Positions 46,049 through 58,406 of a stretch of 64,000 nucleotides of DNA are shown here, one piece after another (positions within the stretch are counted from its first letter, which is position 1; each line of letters begins with the position of its first letter). The notes below the pieces were generated by a model. It had not been told where the DNA came from and did no database searches. It saw only the letters and a program-made list of their open reading frames with translations. The DNA comes from Setoptus koraiensis (Eukaryota > Animalia > Arthropoda). The DNA lies in contig CM106586.1 of assembly GCA_048013815.1 (NCBI GenBank), positions 7,068,001 to 7,132,000 on the forward strand, read 5' to 3'. Made by a program: the position numbers and the translations under genes.

Positions 46049-48313
46049 ATGAGTTCTGGTGAGGATCCTCTTGATCAACCGGACTTTAATGTCATTAGCT
46101 ATATCAATTCCACATTCCCCAACGAACAGACCTTGGCTAATATTGATGAGCACATTGATAAAATAAAAGAGAAGATTCAACAGCATGATGAAGAGATTAG
46201 CCTCGTAGTGCGTGGCCAGAGCCTAATCGAGAGAGATGGCAGAGATGCCCTTAAGAAAGCCTCCAATATTATTGAGGAGCTCATGCAACGTATACATGAT
46301 ATGAAGAGTCAAGCTAGAAAATCAGAACAGACTGTCAATGAAATTACCTGCGATATCAAGCAACTAGATAATGCCAAAAGAAACTTGACCTCTGCAGTTA
46401 TCATGCTCAATAATCTACATATTTTGGTGGAGAGCATTGAAAAACTAAAAGAAGTTTATGACCGCCATGAATATAAGCAGGCCGCATCTATTCTTGGGAG
46501 TATTCAAGATGTTCTAAAGCAATTTGAAAATTACAAACATATCCCTCAAATCCATAAACTCTCAGAGGAAATCGACAAGATTTGTTCCAATTTAGAAGAA
46601 AGGATCAACATAGATTTCCGAAGACTATTTGAAGTTCCATCAGCCAAGCAATGCTTGACCCAGTCGGAAATAAAGTTGCTGGCTGAAGCTTGTCTGGTTG
46701 TTTCTGTCTTGGGTCACGATGTCAAGGAAAAACTAGTGACATGGTTTTTAGATCTGCAATTCGCCGAATACAACGCTTTATTCAAAGACAGTCAAGTTCA
46801 AACTAGCAGTCTCAACAGTGTAGATAAAAGATATTCTTGGCTAAAGAAGCACTTGTTGGATTTTGAAGAAAAATATGGATTCCTTTTCCCTCCTAAATGG
46901 TTCATGAGCGAACGGATGGCTGTTGAATTTTGCAGAATAACTTCAGAGAGTCTAAAACGGATTATGTCAGCTAGGTCCGATGAGGTGAATATGCAATCAC
47001 TCATGTTTGCAATAGAGAAGACAACGGCTTTTGAGAGTCTCCTATCTAAAAGGTTCAGAGGAGATACTTTGTCAGATCAACGACTCACAAATTACTCTCA
47101 TCCCTTCGAACGCTTAATATCCGACTGTTTTGAGCCTTTCCTCAATGTCTACATAGAAGCTCAAGAACAATCGATTAGTCAAATGTTCGAAAAATTCATC
47201 GAGGAACACCAAAACTTTATTAAACAGCAAGATAAGAAAGCTGTGGTCTTTAATTCAGCCGGTAAATTATTCAAGGTTTACGAAAATCATCTGGTTAATT
47301 GCGTTTGCAAATTGAGCAACCGTAAAACGTTACTTGATCTTTCGGAACTATTCAGAAAATATCTAAGAGAATATTCTGTTCGTGTATTGCAAATGCATCT
47401 GAAGAATTGTTCGTCCAGTTCACAAAGCTCTATACCAACGAGGATAACGTCCTCTGTAGATATGAATGCCGGTGGTATGTTCTCCGTGGCAACTTCCGGA
47501 GCAGCTGGATTACTCCAAAGCTTACTCAAAGACGATGTAGGAAGGTCAAAGTTAGAGCCAAGCCATATATGTTGCGTACTGTTGACTGCTGATTTCTGTT
47601 TGCAGACAACTAAAATATTCGAGAAGAAGTTCAAAGAGAAGATAGAGCCAACTCTCGTTGATAAAGTGGATTTTAGTCAAGAGCTGGAAATGTTTGGTGA
47701 ACTAATAAACGGATGCATACAACTGCTATTGCAAGATATTGAATATGGTTGTGAGCCCGGTTTCACCTCCATGGTAAAAATTCAATGGTCTTCTTTGGAA
47801 ACTCCTGTAGGTCACAGTAACTACATAACTGAAATTACAAATAGTCTTAGCCAACAAATTCCAATGATACGCGACTATCTTCAAGAAGGTAGGAGTTATT
47901 TTGTACAATTGTGCAACAAATTCATAACTATTTTCACGCCGAAATACATAAGTAACCTATTTCGTTGCAAGCCTCTGAGTCGAGGCGGCGCCGAACAACT
48001 ACTGTTGGATACTCACACCCTAAAAAAGTTCTTGCTGAACCTTCCATGTTTCAATTCGGATATTAAATCAGCTCCAGCAAGTTATTCAAAGGCTGTGATT
48101 AAAGGTATGACTAAGGCAGAGATGATATTAAAGGTTGTCTTAGTGCCTCATAACAATGTGGACAGTTTTATAGAGAACTATATCAAACTCCTGCCTGATC
48201 CGAACGCTGTTGAGTTTCAGAGAATTCTTGAAGTGAAGGGTGTCAAACGATCAGAGGGAAGTGCTCTACTGGAGGCCTACAACAACTACTGCAAGAAGAC
48301 TCTGATCATCTAG
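46049..48313 (+). CDS. VPS53: GARP/EARP complex subunit VPS53, intronless
   Basis: 'DPLDQPDFNVISYIN..FPNEQTL', 'DIKQLDNAKRNLT', 'GAEQLLLDTH.LK', 'EFQRILE.KG'. Confidence 0.96.
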   Translation: MSSGEDPLDQPDFNVISYINSTFPNEQTLANIDEHIDKIKEKIQQHDEEISLVVRGQSLIERDGRDALKKASNIIEELMQRIHDMKSQARKSEQTVNEITCDIKQLDNAKRNLTSAVIMLNNLHILVESIEKLKEVYDRHEYKQAASILGSIQDVLKQFENYKHIPQIHKLSEEIDKICSNLEERINIDFRRLFEVPSAKQCLTQSEIKLLAEACLVVSVLGHDVKEKLVTWFLDLQFAEYNALFKDSQVQTSSLNSVDKRYSWLKKHLLDFEEKYGFLFPPKWFMSERMAVEFCRITSESLKRIMSARSDEVNMQSLMFAIEKTTAFESLLSKRFRGDTLSDQRLTNYSHPFERLISDCFEPFLNVYIEAQEQSISQMFEKFIEEHQNFIKQQDKKAVVFNSAGKLFKVYENHLVNCVCKLSNRKTLLDLSELFRKYLREYSVRVLQMHLKNCSSSSQSSIPTRITSSVDMNAGGMFSVATSGAAGLLQSLLKDDVGRSKLEPSHICCVLLTADFCLQTTKIFEKKFKEKIEPTLVDKVDFSQELEMFGELINGCIQLLLQDIEYGCEPGFTSMVKIQWSSLETPVGHSNYITEITNSLSQQIPMIRDYLQEGRSYFVQLCNKFITIFTPKYISNLFRCKPLSRGGAEQLLLDTHTLKKFLLNLPCFNSDIKSAPASYSKAVIKGMTKAEMILKVVLVPHNNVDSFIENYIKLLPDPNAVEFQRILEVKGVKRSEGSALLEAYNNYCKKTLII

Positions 48314-48825
48314 TGCCCTTCGAACCCTTTTATCTAGTTCAACAAATCTGAATGATCGAATAAAAGTTATGATGAAAAGTTTCGCGAAATATATTGGATG
48401 GCTTGACCCTGTTATCAAGTTCACATTTTTACTAGATCTTGTCATAATAAGGGATCACATCGCTCCTTTCACGATCTGTGTTCTCATGCACCAAGACCCA
48501 CTTGCACGTTTCCCTTATGGATGAATAGTACAAAACGCCCATTGGTAGCTTCGTACCTACAAGGCCGGATGAACTTTTAGCAATCCTATAGTTAATTATA
48601 ATTAGCATATTTTTCAGATGGCATGTAGAAAATTGACCAATTCAGTCACGAAGTTTGTGCCACAGACACAATGTACGGTCTTATGTGCATAAAACTCGCT
48701 CATAAAGCATGAAAGAAGTGAGTAGAAACCAAGTACCAACAACTACCTCCGCAAGGGATAGTAATTTTTTCCGTAGAGGTCGTGTTTGTTACTTCTAGAA
48801 CGAGGGCTTTGATCTTTTCGTAATC

Positions 48826-49133
48826 GTTGCGGATGTCGAGACTTGTTAGAGTCAGATTGTTTTGGTTTATCACAGAAGCAGATGAAATGTCAAAGTCAAG
48901 GAATAACAATCAACAGTGACCAAGTTTGCGATCATTGTGGCCAATTGTTATTGCAGGATGAATCAACAACTAGCAAACAAATGAGCCCACAAGTGAACAA
49001 CGTGGTAGTTTTCGGGTGTCATCACATATTCCACGAAGAATATTGCGTTGGTATGTCCTCCGAAGACACAATAGCATCCCACTCGTGCCGAGTTTGTATG
49101 GTGAATAATAATGAACAATTATTTCCCTCCTAA
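48826..49133 (+). pseudogene. Isolated C-terminal RING fragment of VPS41
   Basis: 'GCRDLLESDCFGL....KCQSQGITI...VCDHC...VVVFGCHHIFHEEYC...CRVC'. In-frame stop at 48810 and no upstream VPS41 body. Confidence 0.65.
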
Positions 49134-50501
49134 TCAATATCGTCATTGTTGTATTGTTGTCACTGTCAGCTTGGATTGTTACTATTCACTGCACAGTTAT
49201 CCCTCGTTCTTTCTACCAATATTCGATGGTGCTTTTTGATAGCTAAGCAGAATCGATTGGAATAATATGACCACAGCCAGGTGAAATCTCTCATACATTG
49301 TCAATATTTATTGGTAGCTCCTGGTTGCAAACTGACGCCAGTGTCGCATGTTGCCTGCACACATTGACAGACTTTTGTCCTTTTATGTTTGTCGACAAGG
49401 TTTCTCTCGTGACTTCTCATATGAACACGCGCAACAATCTAAAAATTGAAGGGTTTCCGGTTACTTTTTGGAACTATCATGATTTAGAATTGCAGTCACC
49501 ATCGACCAAACTCACAAGGTACACCTGTAAACCTCCTGAAGATGACGCTCGGATCTGCCAAACTACTGTTTTATCTTGTTGCGAAAATTCATAGAAGTAA
49601 GAAAACACTATTCAAAAATCCACGTTTTTTGGTAATCCTGAGAAAAGCGGATAAAAGTGGATAATTCATGGGCGCATATCCCCTCTATTTTGTACGATAG
49701 CTAGCGCACTAATTTTGAAACAGAAAAACTTTGAAAAAACCTGCGCGCATCCAATAGTAAATCACATATAAGGCGCGTATGAATTCATGAAAATTGAAGA
49801 CGAAAACCAAGAATATCGCAAAAAGTATGCGACTTGTGAGTTTTTGATTAGTGTTTTCTTTCTCCTAGTAATCTGAGGAGTTCATAGATACCAGTCTTTG
49901 GTGCATAGGCGTGTCAACGAAAAAGAGGTTTACCTTGTCAGTCTATTTTAATACGGGATAGCCTCACGCGTCATTATGAAGAACTCTGACGAAAGTGGCG
50001 ATGGCGAGCTTGTGAGATCGGAGAATTGCTGGGATTGGTGTTGCTGGTGTTAGGCGATTCGTTTGGGTTAGTGATTTTCTCTAAAATAAATATTTTGTGG
50101 ATAGTGAGATGAGTTAGCGAGGCTATACAAGGGAGCACACCTCTTCTCGCTCTTGAGAAGTAGTCTCACAACTTCGGTCAGTTGATCTCAACCTCCCTTC
50201 CTCCTCAGTCGATATTAAAAATCGAATATTTTCCAGTTTCAAACCTTGCGCTCTAGAGCATAGATGGCATCTGCGCATGCGTCGACTGCATCTGCAAAAT
50301 TTGGCATAGATGATGCTAGCAACCGAGTTGTTTCCGTCTAGCGCACGCCGAATTCTAAAATTGTGTCTCCACTGCACAACGTGTGATTCAAATAGCTCAT
50401 GGTGTTCTCAGAGAACGGACGCCGGTTCAGGGTTAATAAATAGACGGATACAATTTGAATTTGTTCATTATTTCCGATAATAAATTAAGTAGTGTTGTCT
50501 T

Positions 50502-52786
50502 TAAATTAAAATAGTAAAAGTATGGTAAGTAAACATCAGATATTGAAGTATCCAATCAATATGTTTAATGAATCGACCCTCAATTTATCAAATTCAGGTA
50601 ATATATAAGATGGGAACCAGTAGACATCACTAACACCCAGTATTTCATCTATTCCACAGTCTCATCGTAAATTTTCAGCTCCCCGTCATGGGCACATGGG
50701 TTTCACACCCAAGAAGCGATCCAAGCGCCATCGTGGTAAAGTGAAGGCCTTCCCCAAGGATGACCCCTCAAAGCCTGTCCATCTAACTGCATTTCTATCC
50801 TACAAGGCCGGCATGACCCATATTGTCCGAGAAGTCGACAAACCTGGCTCAAGTAAGCACCCTTAATACTCGCCTCTTGCTCATATTAGACTCCCGATAT
50901 AGCATTTTGCCTAATCAATTCTCAACCTCTCTTTTATTCTCACCTCTACAGAGGTTAATAAGAAAGAAGTTGTCGAGGCTGTAACTATCCTTGAAACACC
51001 ACCTATGGTGATTGTCGGTGTAGTTGGCTACATTGAGACACCTAAAGGTCTACGCGCCCTTAAAACCGTCTGGGCCGAGCATCTATCAGAAGAGTGTCGC
51101 CGTAGATTCTACAAGAATTGGTAAGTCAATAGAGTCTTTGCACAACCCAAGTTTAGTTCATCTTCACAGTCTGTCAATTGCCACTCGTACTGGCAACGAG
51201 CATGGGATCCGGTGCATCGTACCTGGACCCATACACTAAGTTAGCTCGTGTGAAGACGTGATGGTTTGAACTTTAAACTATAGAGCCGGTCTCCGCTCTT
51301 GGGGATTTCCATGAAGAGGCCGCTTTCTTATCGATCATTTCTACCCTCTGTCTTCCTTTCATGTACAGGTATAAATCGAAGAAGAAGGCATTCACCAAGC
51401 ATGCTAAGAAGTGGCAGGACCCAGTTGGTCGTCAAGAAATTGACAAGGACTTAGCTAGAATCAAGAAGTACTGCACGGTTGTTAGAGTTTTAGCTCATAC
51501 GCAAGTTAGGCTCATGAAGAAGAGACAGAAAAAGTCTCACATCATGGAAATTCAACTTAATGGTGGAACCATTCCTCAGAAGATCGAATGGGCCAGAGCA
51601 CACTTTGAAAAACCTGTTTCCGTTGAGCAAGTCTTCGCTCAGGACGAGATGATCGATGTTATTGGTGTCACTAAGGGTCGAGGTTTTAAAGGTGTCACTA
51701 GCCGTTGGCATACTAAGAAACTTCCAAGAAAAACTCACAAGGGTCTCCGCAAGGTCGCCTGTATCGGTGCATGGCATCCAAGTCGTGTACAGTTTACTGT
51801 CGCCCGTGCTGGTCAGAAAGGCTACCATCATCGAACTGAGATCAACAAGAAGATTTACCGATTAGCTAAAGGCTATCATCAGAAAGATGGTAAATTGGTC
51901 AAAAACAACGGTGCCACAGATTATGACACCACTGACAAATCTGTCAACCCAATGGTAAGTATTCGCTCTTATTGACACACTACACCTGTAATGCATCGAT
52001 GATGATAAGAACTAGTATGTGTACAATAGGTTAGAACCTGATAAACAATGAAGATTATCTAGGGCGGACTGAGATGAAACTATCCTTCAACGAGATGTTT
52101 TAAGAGAAAATATCGAATTCTAACGACTTCTCTTCTCTTATTCGCAGGGTGGATTCCCACACTATGGAGAGGTACGCAATGATTACATCATGATTAAGGG
52201 CTGTGTAGTCGGTCCCAAAAAGCGCGTCCTTACACTTAGAAAGGTAAGTCTGATCAATATGTTTGAATGAGCCTGTTTTCCATAGTATGATGATACTTCA
52301 TATACAGAGCCAAATGTATTCACGATGATCCTCTGTGATTATTAACAATGATAGGACTGAGCATTTTCTATACGTTATAACAACCCCAATCAATCATCAT
52401 CTAACTTCTTACACATCTTCTTCCTCGCGCAGTCCTTGTTGGTACAAACTAAGAGAATTGCTCTCGAAAAGATTACCCTCAAATTTATTGACACGTCTTC
52501 TAAATTCGGTCATGGAAGGTTCCAAACCCACGCCGAGAAAAAGGCGTTTATGGTAAGTACATATCTAGATAGTGCACGCTTTTTCCATGATGATTGCTAC
52601 CGCCCCAGTCTGACCAGGGTTCATGAAGACAACACGTAGCTGCCTTCCTTCTGAGAAAAACCGTAATAGTATCCACTTTTCTGTACTCGAAGTAGAAAGA
52701 CTGACTAATCAAACTATTCCGATCTCTCGCTTTCATTCCAGGGCCCTACTAAAAAGGATATAGAGGTTGCTGCTAAAGCTAAATAA
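50502..52786 (+). CDS. RPL3: 60S ribosomal protein L3; exons 50502-50504, 50660-50852, 50952-51120, 51369-51954, 52148-52243, 52433-52552, 52742-52786
   Basis: [47 protein letters not shown]. Six GTAAG-AG introns join in frame. Confidence 0.98.
51151..51326 (+). ncRNA. Structured RNA candidate in RPL3 intron 3 (class unknown)
   Basis: Nested complementary stems: GTTTA/TAAAC, GTTCA/TGAAC, TCTTCACA/TGTGAAGA, TTGCCA/TGGCAA, CGAGC/GCTCG, ATGGG-TCC-GGTGC/GTACC-GGA-CCCAT, followed by a second hairpin. Confidence 0.55.
51994..52076 (+). ncRNA. Box C/D snoRNA in RPL3 intron 4, dual 18S guide
   Basis: C ATGATGA 51999, D' CTGA 52038, C' ATGAAGA 52048, D CTGA 52069, CATC/GATG terminal stem. Guides GGTTAGAAC and CTAGGGCGG are complementary to arthropod 18S 'CCGCCCTAGTTCTAACC' (from memory). 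Confidence 0.88.
52282..52371 (+). ncRNA. Box C/D snoRNA in RPL3 intron 5, 28S guide (snR71/SNORD29-like target)
   Basis: C ATGATGA 52287, D CTGA 52357. The 12-nt guide ACAATGATAGGA is complementary to 28S 'TCCTATCATTGT'. D box lies 72 nt from the 3' splice site. Confidence 0.88.
52580..52660 (+). ncRNA. Box C/D snoRNA in RPL3 intron 6, dual guide (28S and 18S)
   Basis: C 52587, D' 52610, C' 52623, D 52651, TTTTTC/GAAAAA stem. TACCGCCCCAGT pairs with 28S 'ACTGGGGCGGTA'; GCTGCCTTCCTT pairs with 18S 'AAGGAAGGCAGC'. Confidence 0.92.
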
Positions 52787-52960
52787 ATATGAATAAATCA
52801 CCTCGTAGAATTTCAAATAAACTTTTGCCATGCGTTCGTTATTCTATCCTCTTTTATTGTCTGATTAATGCCAATGCCAACCCCACATTCGGCCACAATC
52901 ACTCTGACCACGTATAGTTACGCCAAGTGGACTAATTTCTGAGGGGGCCTAACTCATTGC

Positions 52961-55276
52961 TTATCTAACTGTCGAATCACTAGTTTTGCTCACGTGTGAG
53001 TGAAAGTTGAGATAGTCTTCGTTATCGTGATTGTCGTTGAATGAATGTATCGGCGGTGGATCGCTATTCCCCACTATGTGGTAATTACCGTCGTTGCTAA
53101 AATCAACCAACTGGCCAACCGGATTGGACTCCGAACTTCCTTCCCTCACTCTATTATCATGGTAAGAGCTGTTCTCTTTCTTCTCGCTTGTGTCTATCCA
53201 TTGCGCCTCTTGTCCATTCGAGGCAAAATCTGATGATGCTCCCAGATTGTTCGTATTTGTCAAGTTATTGCCCGTACTATCCATGGTGGATATGGTGGCA
53301 TCTCCAGTAACATTGGCTGTTGCATTGATAGGGCTCAGTCCCATATCCAGGCCAGAATAAAGAAGCGTTAGCTGATGTTTGTTATTTGCCATTGATGTGG
53401 GATCAATCTCATTGTGTGACGCTTGCAATGCACTGGGTAGTGGTTGTGAATCGCCGAATGTCGACATTATAAGCTGAGAGCTTGTTAACGATCCTGCCTC
53501 TTCGGCTGAATGATACATGCAATCTTGATTTGATTGTTCATACTGCAAGCGAAAACCGCCCGAATTAACACTCTCATAAGTCGTATCCGAATGGAATCGC
53601 AAAACTATTGGACCATTTGTTTTAATGACAACTGGTGCGCTCAATGTCTGACCTCTGTAATAATTCAAACGTCCACCACAGTATCTATCATAAGTGAAAC
53701 CGTCGCCGTTTCGTGAAGCTCCAGGAATCATGAGATAATCGCGAGCACAATCTTGATCGCCAACACCCGATGTTGCACTACTGACTCCAACACCATTTAT
53801 GGACCAATCGTAATCGCTACTTGTGAACACTATTCGACATGTTTCTTGATGACGCTGAATGCATATACTATAGTCCATCTGATTAAGATACTGGCCGAAA
53901 TTGAAGCTTTCAATGATCCCCGATGGTGAGGTGAAATATTGTAGACATCCGTTTGGGGCGCGAGGAGTTATTTGAGTTCTTAACATCTCGTAAGCGAGCA
54001 TTGACGCGGTGTTCGTCATTGTGTTGAGGCCAGATGCGAATGTTGTTGAATACTTCTGGAAGCTGTTGAAGCGTTTAGAATTCAGTAATGGTGACCCGCT
54101 CAAGCTTGATGCCTTGTTGGCAAGATGCTGAGCAAGTCCACGCAATTGGCAATCTATTTGGGTTATCTTTAGTTGCCATCGATGATCGCCCACTAGTTAC
54201 GATGATGATAATGATAATTGGGAAATAATTTGAGATATTGAATGTTATCAGTAAATTGTGCATCAATTCTCCGGCTCAGTAAGAGTAAGATTATCCCAAC
54301 TGTTACCGAAATCCATCACTCACCTGCATCCGTGTAGAATACAATCGAGGCTGACCTTTCCGTGAAATCTTGAGGCATCGATATGTACACTGATGATTGA
54401 AATGAAAAACGTAATGTTATATTCACAAATTCAGGGTGATAGTTATTGCTAAAGTATTCATGAGCTAAATCGTATCAGTGTGGTATCATAGCTTTGGATT
54501 GGATTAGTTGGCCTCTCAACCAAGAGGATATTCTACTTACGATGTTGGTTGCGATTGAGGCCGCACAAACGCGGAACTGTTTGTGGAGATAAACCTGAGG
54601 CGGAGATCTCTAGATAGTCATCGTTGCAGGCTCCATTTGTTGGTTGATCTAATTGAAAGTCTAGAAAATCAATACGAATTTGGCACACATTTGGATCATC
54701 AATGGTAATAGTGAGATCGCAAAAGCGCTCCTCGGAATCTGCACTAGGGTAGCTAGGATTTTTGAAATAGACCACCTTCTCGCGAGTGGTAACATGGCAT
54801 GTTCGCGACACTATGCAACAAGACCCAAAGCCAGCGGCACATGGTGAACTAGGTTGACCACCAATCAATTTGCATTCAAAAGCCGTGTAACAAGTACCTG
54901 ATTGATTTGACGAATCAAAACATTCCTCGTTGGGAAATCTTATGATATTAAATAAAGAGGGCCTATTTGGTAACGACCATGAACTTAAAGAACGAGCCGA
55001 TTGTTCATTGGTATTGGCAGCTGCTAAAAGTTGACCAGCGGCCTCCTCGGGTGAATAGGCATGTGTTTGCATTGGAAATCTATCCCATATTGTTGAAACA
55101 AACAATAAACTCACTAAATTCAATATATAAGGTAGTATTATTATATTCAATGTGAACTTAAAACAACCGTTTTTACAATCGATTAACGCTGGCTCAGACA
55201 CCGAACACTTGTCTTTCTTGCCTTGGTTGGTGGTTGTGAGATGAGATGATTTTTGCAACGAAGACATGTTAGTCAA
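52961..55276 (-). CDS. Arthropod-type CUB domain-containing protein; exons 55276-54541, 54389-54324, 54192-52961
   Basis: 'IIRFPNEEC', 'CAAGFGSCC', 'CQIRIDFLDF', 'WQLKITQIDC', 'GCLQYFT..SG.IESFNF', 'C..DYLMIPG', 'GFRLQYEQ..C'. Introns join in frame. Confidence 0.88.
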
Positions 55277-56998
55277 GACGTAAAAAGAACGGATTCAACA
55301 GGGTTGATTTTCTTATGTTTATCACAAAGGCAGCTTAATTAAGTTGAGTTTAATTGACAATAGTTTGATTGAATAGAATAGACTATTAAAGTGTATGCTG
55401 ACTGTTTGACATTGTAGAGTAGCTCTCACAGAGAATCGTGTTCACAAATGAAAACTGAATTGAATATCCAATAGATTGATTATCCTTATTGTGAGGACGG
55501 CCAGGTTTTGCATGGGAAGACGCCCATTGAACGATTAGAATCTCGAGATGAAAGAAGTTCGTTGAACTTCATCTTTTCATCTGAAATACCATATTTTGGC
55601 GAAAACTGTAGCTTATTTTGTTTTCATATGATCAACATTGATTTTGGAACGACTAGCTAACTTGACACTAAAGCTGGTATAATCAATAGTAAATTCAACC
55701 ACAGGTCCGAAATCTTCTGTCACACCTCATGGTGAGTATAAGTCGATATGACCAAATTTGCTAGCTCGTTGTTTACTTGGTGTGACATTTCTCACTTTGT
55801 GAGATTCTATTTTTGGTATAAGGTTGTTAGGTGGCTATCGACCTACTGACCCCCCAAGATATATTCTTGAGAATCACTGAAAGTCGCCGGATGCTTTCAA
55901 ATATCGGGACAGATGAAATATGTGTTAATATCTATGGCTGTCGACACTAACAAGGTAAACCTCCCTGAGATTTCACTGGCATATTCAATGATGTCACAAG
56001 ATTAATACAGACTCGAATGCAGCGTGATTGCTTCGGAACAAGTAAATTTAAGTTTATTACGCAAAATTGATTGATATTATTTCGCATTGTTGCGAAATAA
56101 TATCAAGCAATCCATATCACCAATCCACTTCTCCAGACACATGTGGCGACAGTAACTTTTGTCCATTGTTATCATAGATTGAACAATGCGAGTTTGTCGA
56201 CACTTAACCTTTAAACCATAACCACTCTGCTAATATTCCTCCTGAAATCTACCTGATATTCTCAATATGATATTTGGTATTTTGATTTGTATATCTAAGA
56301 AACGTTGTTTTTTAGAGAGGGAAATGTGCCACTGAAGAATCGCCTCGAGCTGGCCATATATGTAAGAGTACTATGGTGCTTTTACTATTGTTTACTATCG
56401 TCACGACACTTGTTGGTATCATGCAAACCTATGCAACAGTGCCTCCAAGTTACATTGTTAGAGCCCGATTGAATGGCTAATGAACTTAGCTGGCGTAGCT
56501 CTCTCGATGGCTATTACATCTCTGGCTGGCGATTGTAAGGAAATTACTGCATATGAAGCGTCTGGACGAAGGAGTCTGTTTCATCAAACCTACGAACTGA
56601 CCAAGAGCCGATTTCAAGTTAATGTTTTGATAACAACACTTTTCACCAATAATGAAAATATCACCCCTTGTTGAAGAATTGAAAGGAAATTGACGCTCAG
56701 AAATTCTTAAATATGATCGGTTTGATTTCGACTGCATTCCAGTGTTCGATAAAAGGCAAACATCAGATACATCTGACAGTTGGTTAGTTGGTATTTTTAT
56801 GGAAATAAAACAATCCGGAACCCACTCTATATCTCGATGCTCGACACATCCATGCTCAACTTCGCGTTAGAAAGATCATTCATTAGTATGTAGGTAACTA
56901 ATAAACGAACGAATAGTTTGAGCTTATTCGATACTTTATTCTTTAGAATTTTTCAAGTTTACATATTCAAATACCCAAAAATCCTAAGAATTTCGTTA

Positions 56999-58406
56999 TC
57001 ACACACATATTGACTTTGCACTGCCGTTTGTTTGAGGATACAGCAATTTCTCCATTGAAGTGGTCAGTATCAATCCAGCCAAGAATGCACCAAATGTAAT
57101 ATAGAAACTGCACAGAATTATCCTCAGCTTATCATAACCAGTAAAATATTGTTGGCCGCGATTTTGGGAATCATTATAGATAAATTGTAGCAAACATGCT
57201 CCAGGGAAAATGAAAACGAATGCCGATGAAAGACATCCGAGTATGTCCACTGCTATGAGTATGTTAGGCATAAATAATGCAAGCAGTAGAGAAGATAATA
57301 TCCACAAAGTGGAAATAGCACTCCTCCTCAACGGTTCAGCAAATGAAGATATTTTCTGAGAGCAATCACATAGTATATCATCTAAAGCAATCCTCGCTGG
57401 AAACATGATCAGAGGATAGGTGAGCACACATTTTACTGCCAGTGTCAATATAGCGGCTATTACAATACCTCCTCCGGAATAATTTTCCATCAAATCCGGT
57501 TCAATCTTTGCTCCAAAACTAAACAATGCCATCGTGCTGATGATCGTGTATAATATGGCGCTAATAATCATTGCGGCGGATACAGTTATATATGATTGAA
57601 CTCTGTTGGAACGTGGTAGAGCTGCTGCTACGGGCACCCAGCTCAAATGACATTGATAGGCGAAGCATAACACAGGAAATACTAAAAAGAAATCCGTCCA
57701 TCGTGTTGGGTAGAGATTCAAGCCTACTGTTTTGTCCTTTGCGTGGCCTATGTATTCAGAGACCACCACATATGTTATGAATAGCAAGGAAAGCACTCCT
57801 ATAGAACTTGCATATTTGAGAAAATCAACTGTTCTTGAATAACACATTGGAGCGATGGCAATTATAGTCGTCAAGATCATGGTAAATTTTCTATTCATGT
57901 ACCATACATGACAGAATTCCGAGCCATATTTGGTGGCGAAAACTCTATCAAATTGATCGCCAATTATCACAACAAAGGCTATGCTTGCTCCGAATGAAAC
58001 GAGTAAAATAGAGGCGTTACATATGCGGTATAGAGCTCTATTACAGTAGATTTCCACAAGTTGATGATATGATTTTGCTCCGCTAATGGCCACCAATTGA
58101 GTTGTTATAATACAGGTCCCGATAACAAGAATCAGAAAGAAAAATTGTGCTATCAATGAGGTGACGAGTCCAGCAGTTTGGAACGAATTCGGCATTGCCA
58201 ACAAACCGGCACCTATAGTAACATTGATGGCAAGAAATAGAGCCGACAATTGAGAGGTGGTTTTTTCATTGGGCGTATCGGATGATGGAGCAGACTGTGA
58301 TGAATCGTGCTCAATATCCTGTGGTCTAGTTGTGCGTGTACTAATTATGGGATGAGGTTGATCTATCTCCTCATTGAGGACAAGTTGATCTTGGTCTGAA
58401 ATCATT
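56999..58406 (-). CDS. SLC38A7/8-like sodium-coupled neutral amino acid transporter, intronless
   Basis: 'NVTIGAGLLAMP', 'FVVIIGDQFDRV', 'DFLKYASSIGV', 'CFAYQCH', about 11 TM segments. First ATG at 58406. Confidence 0.9.
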
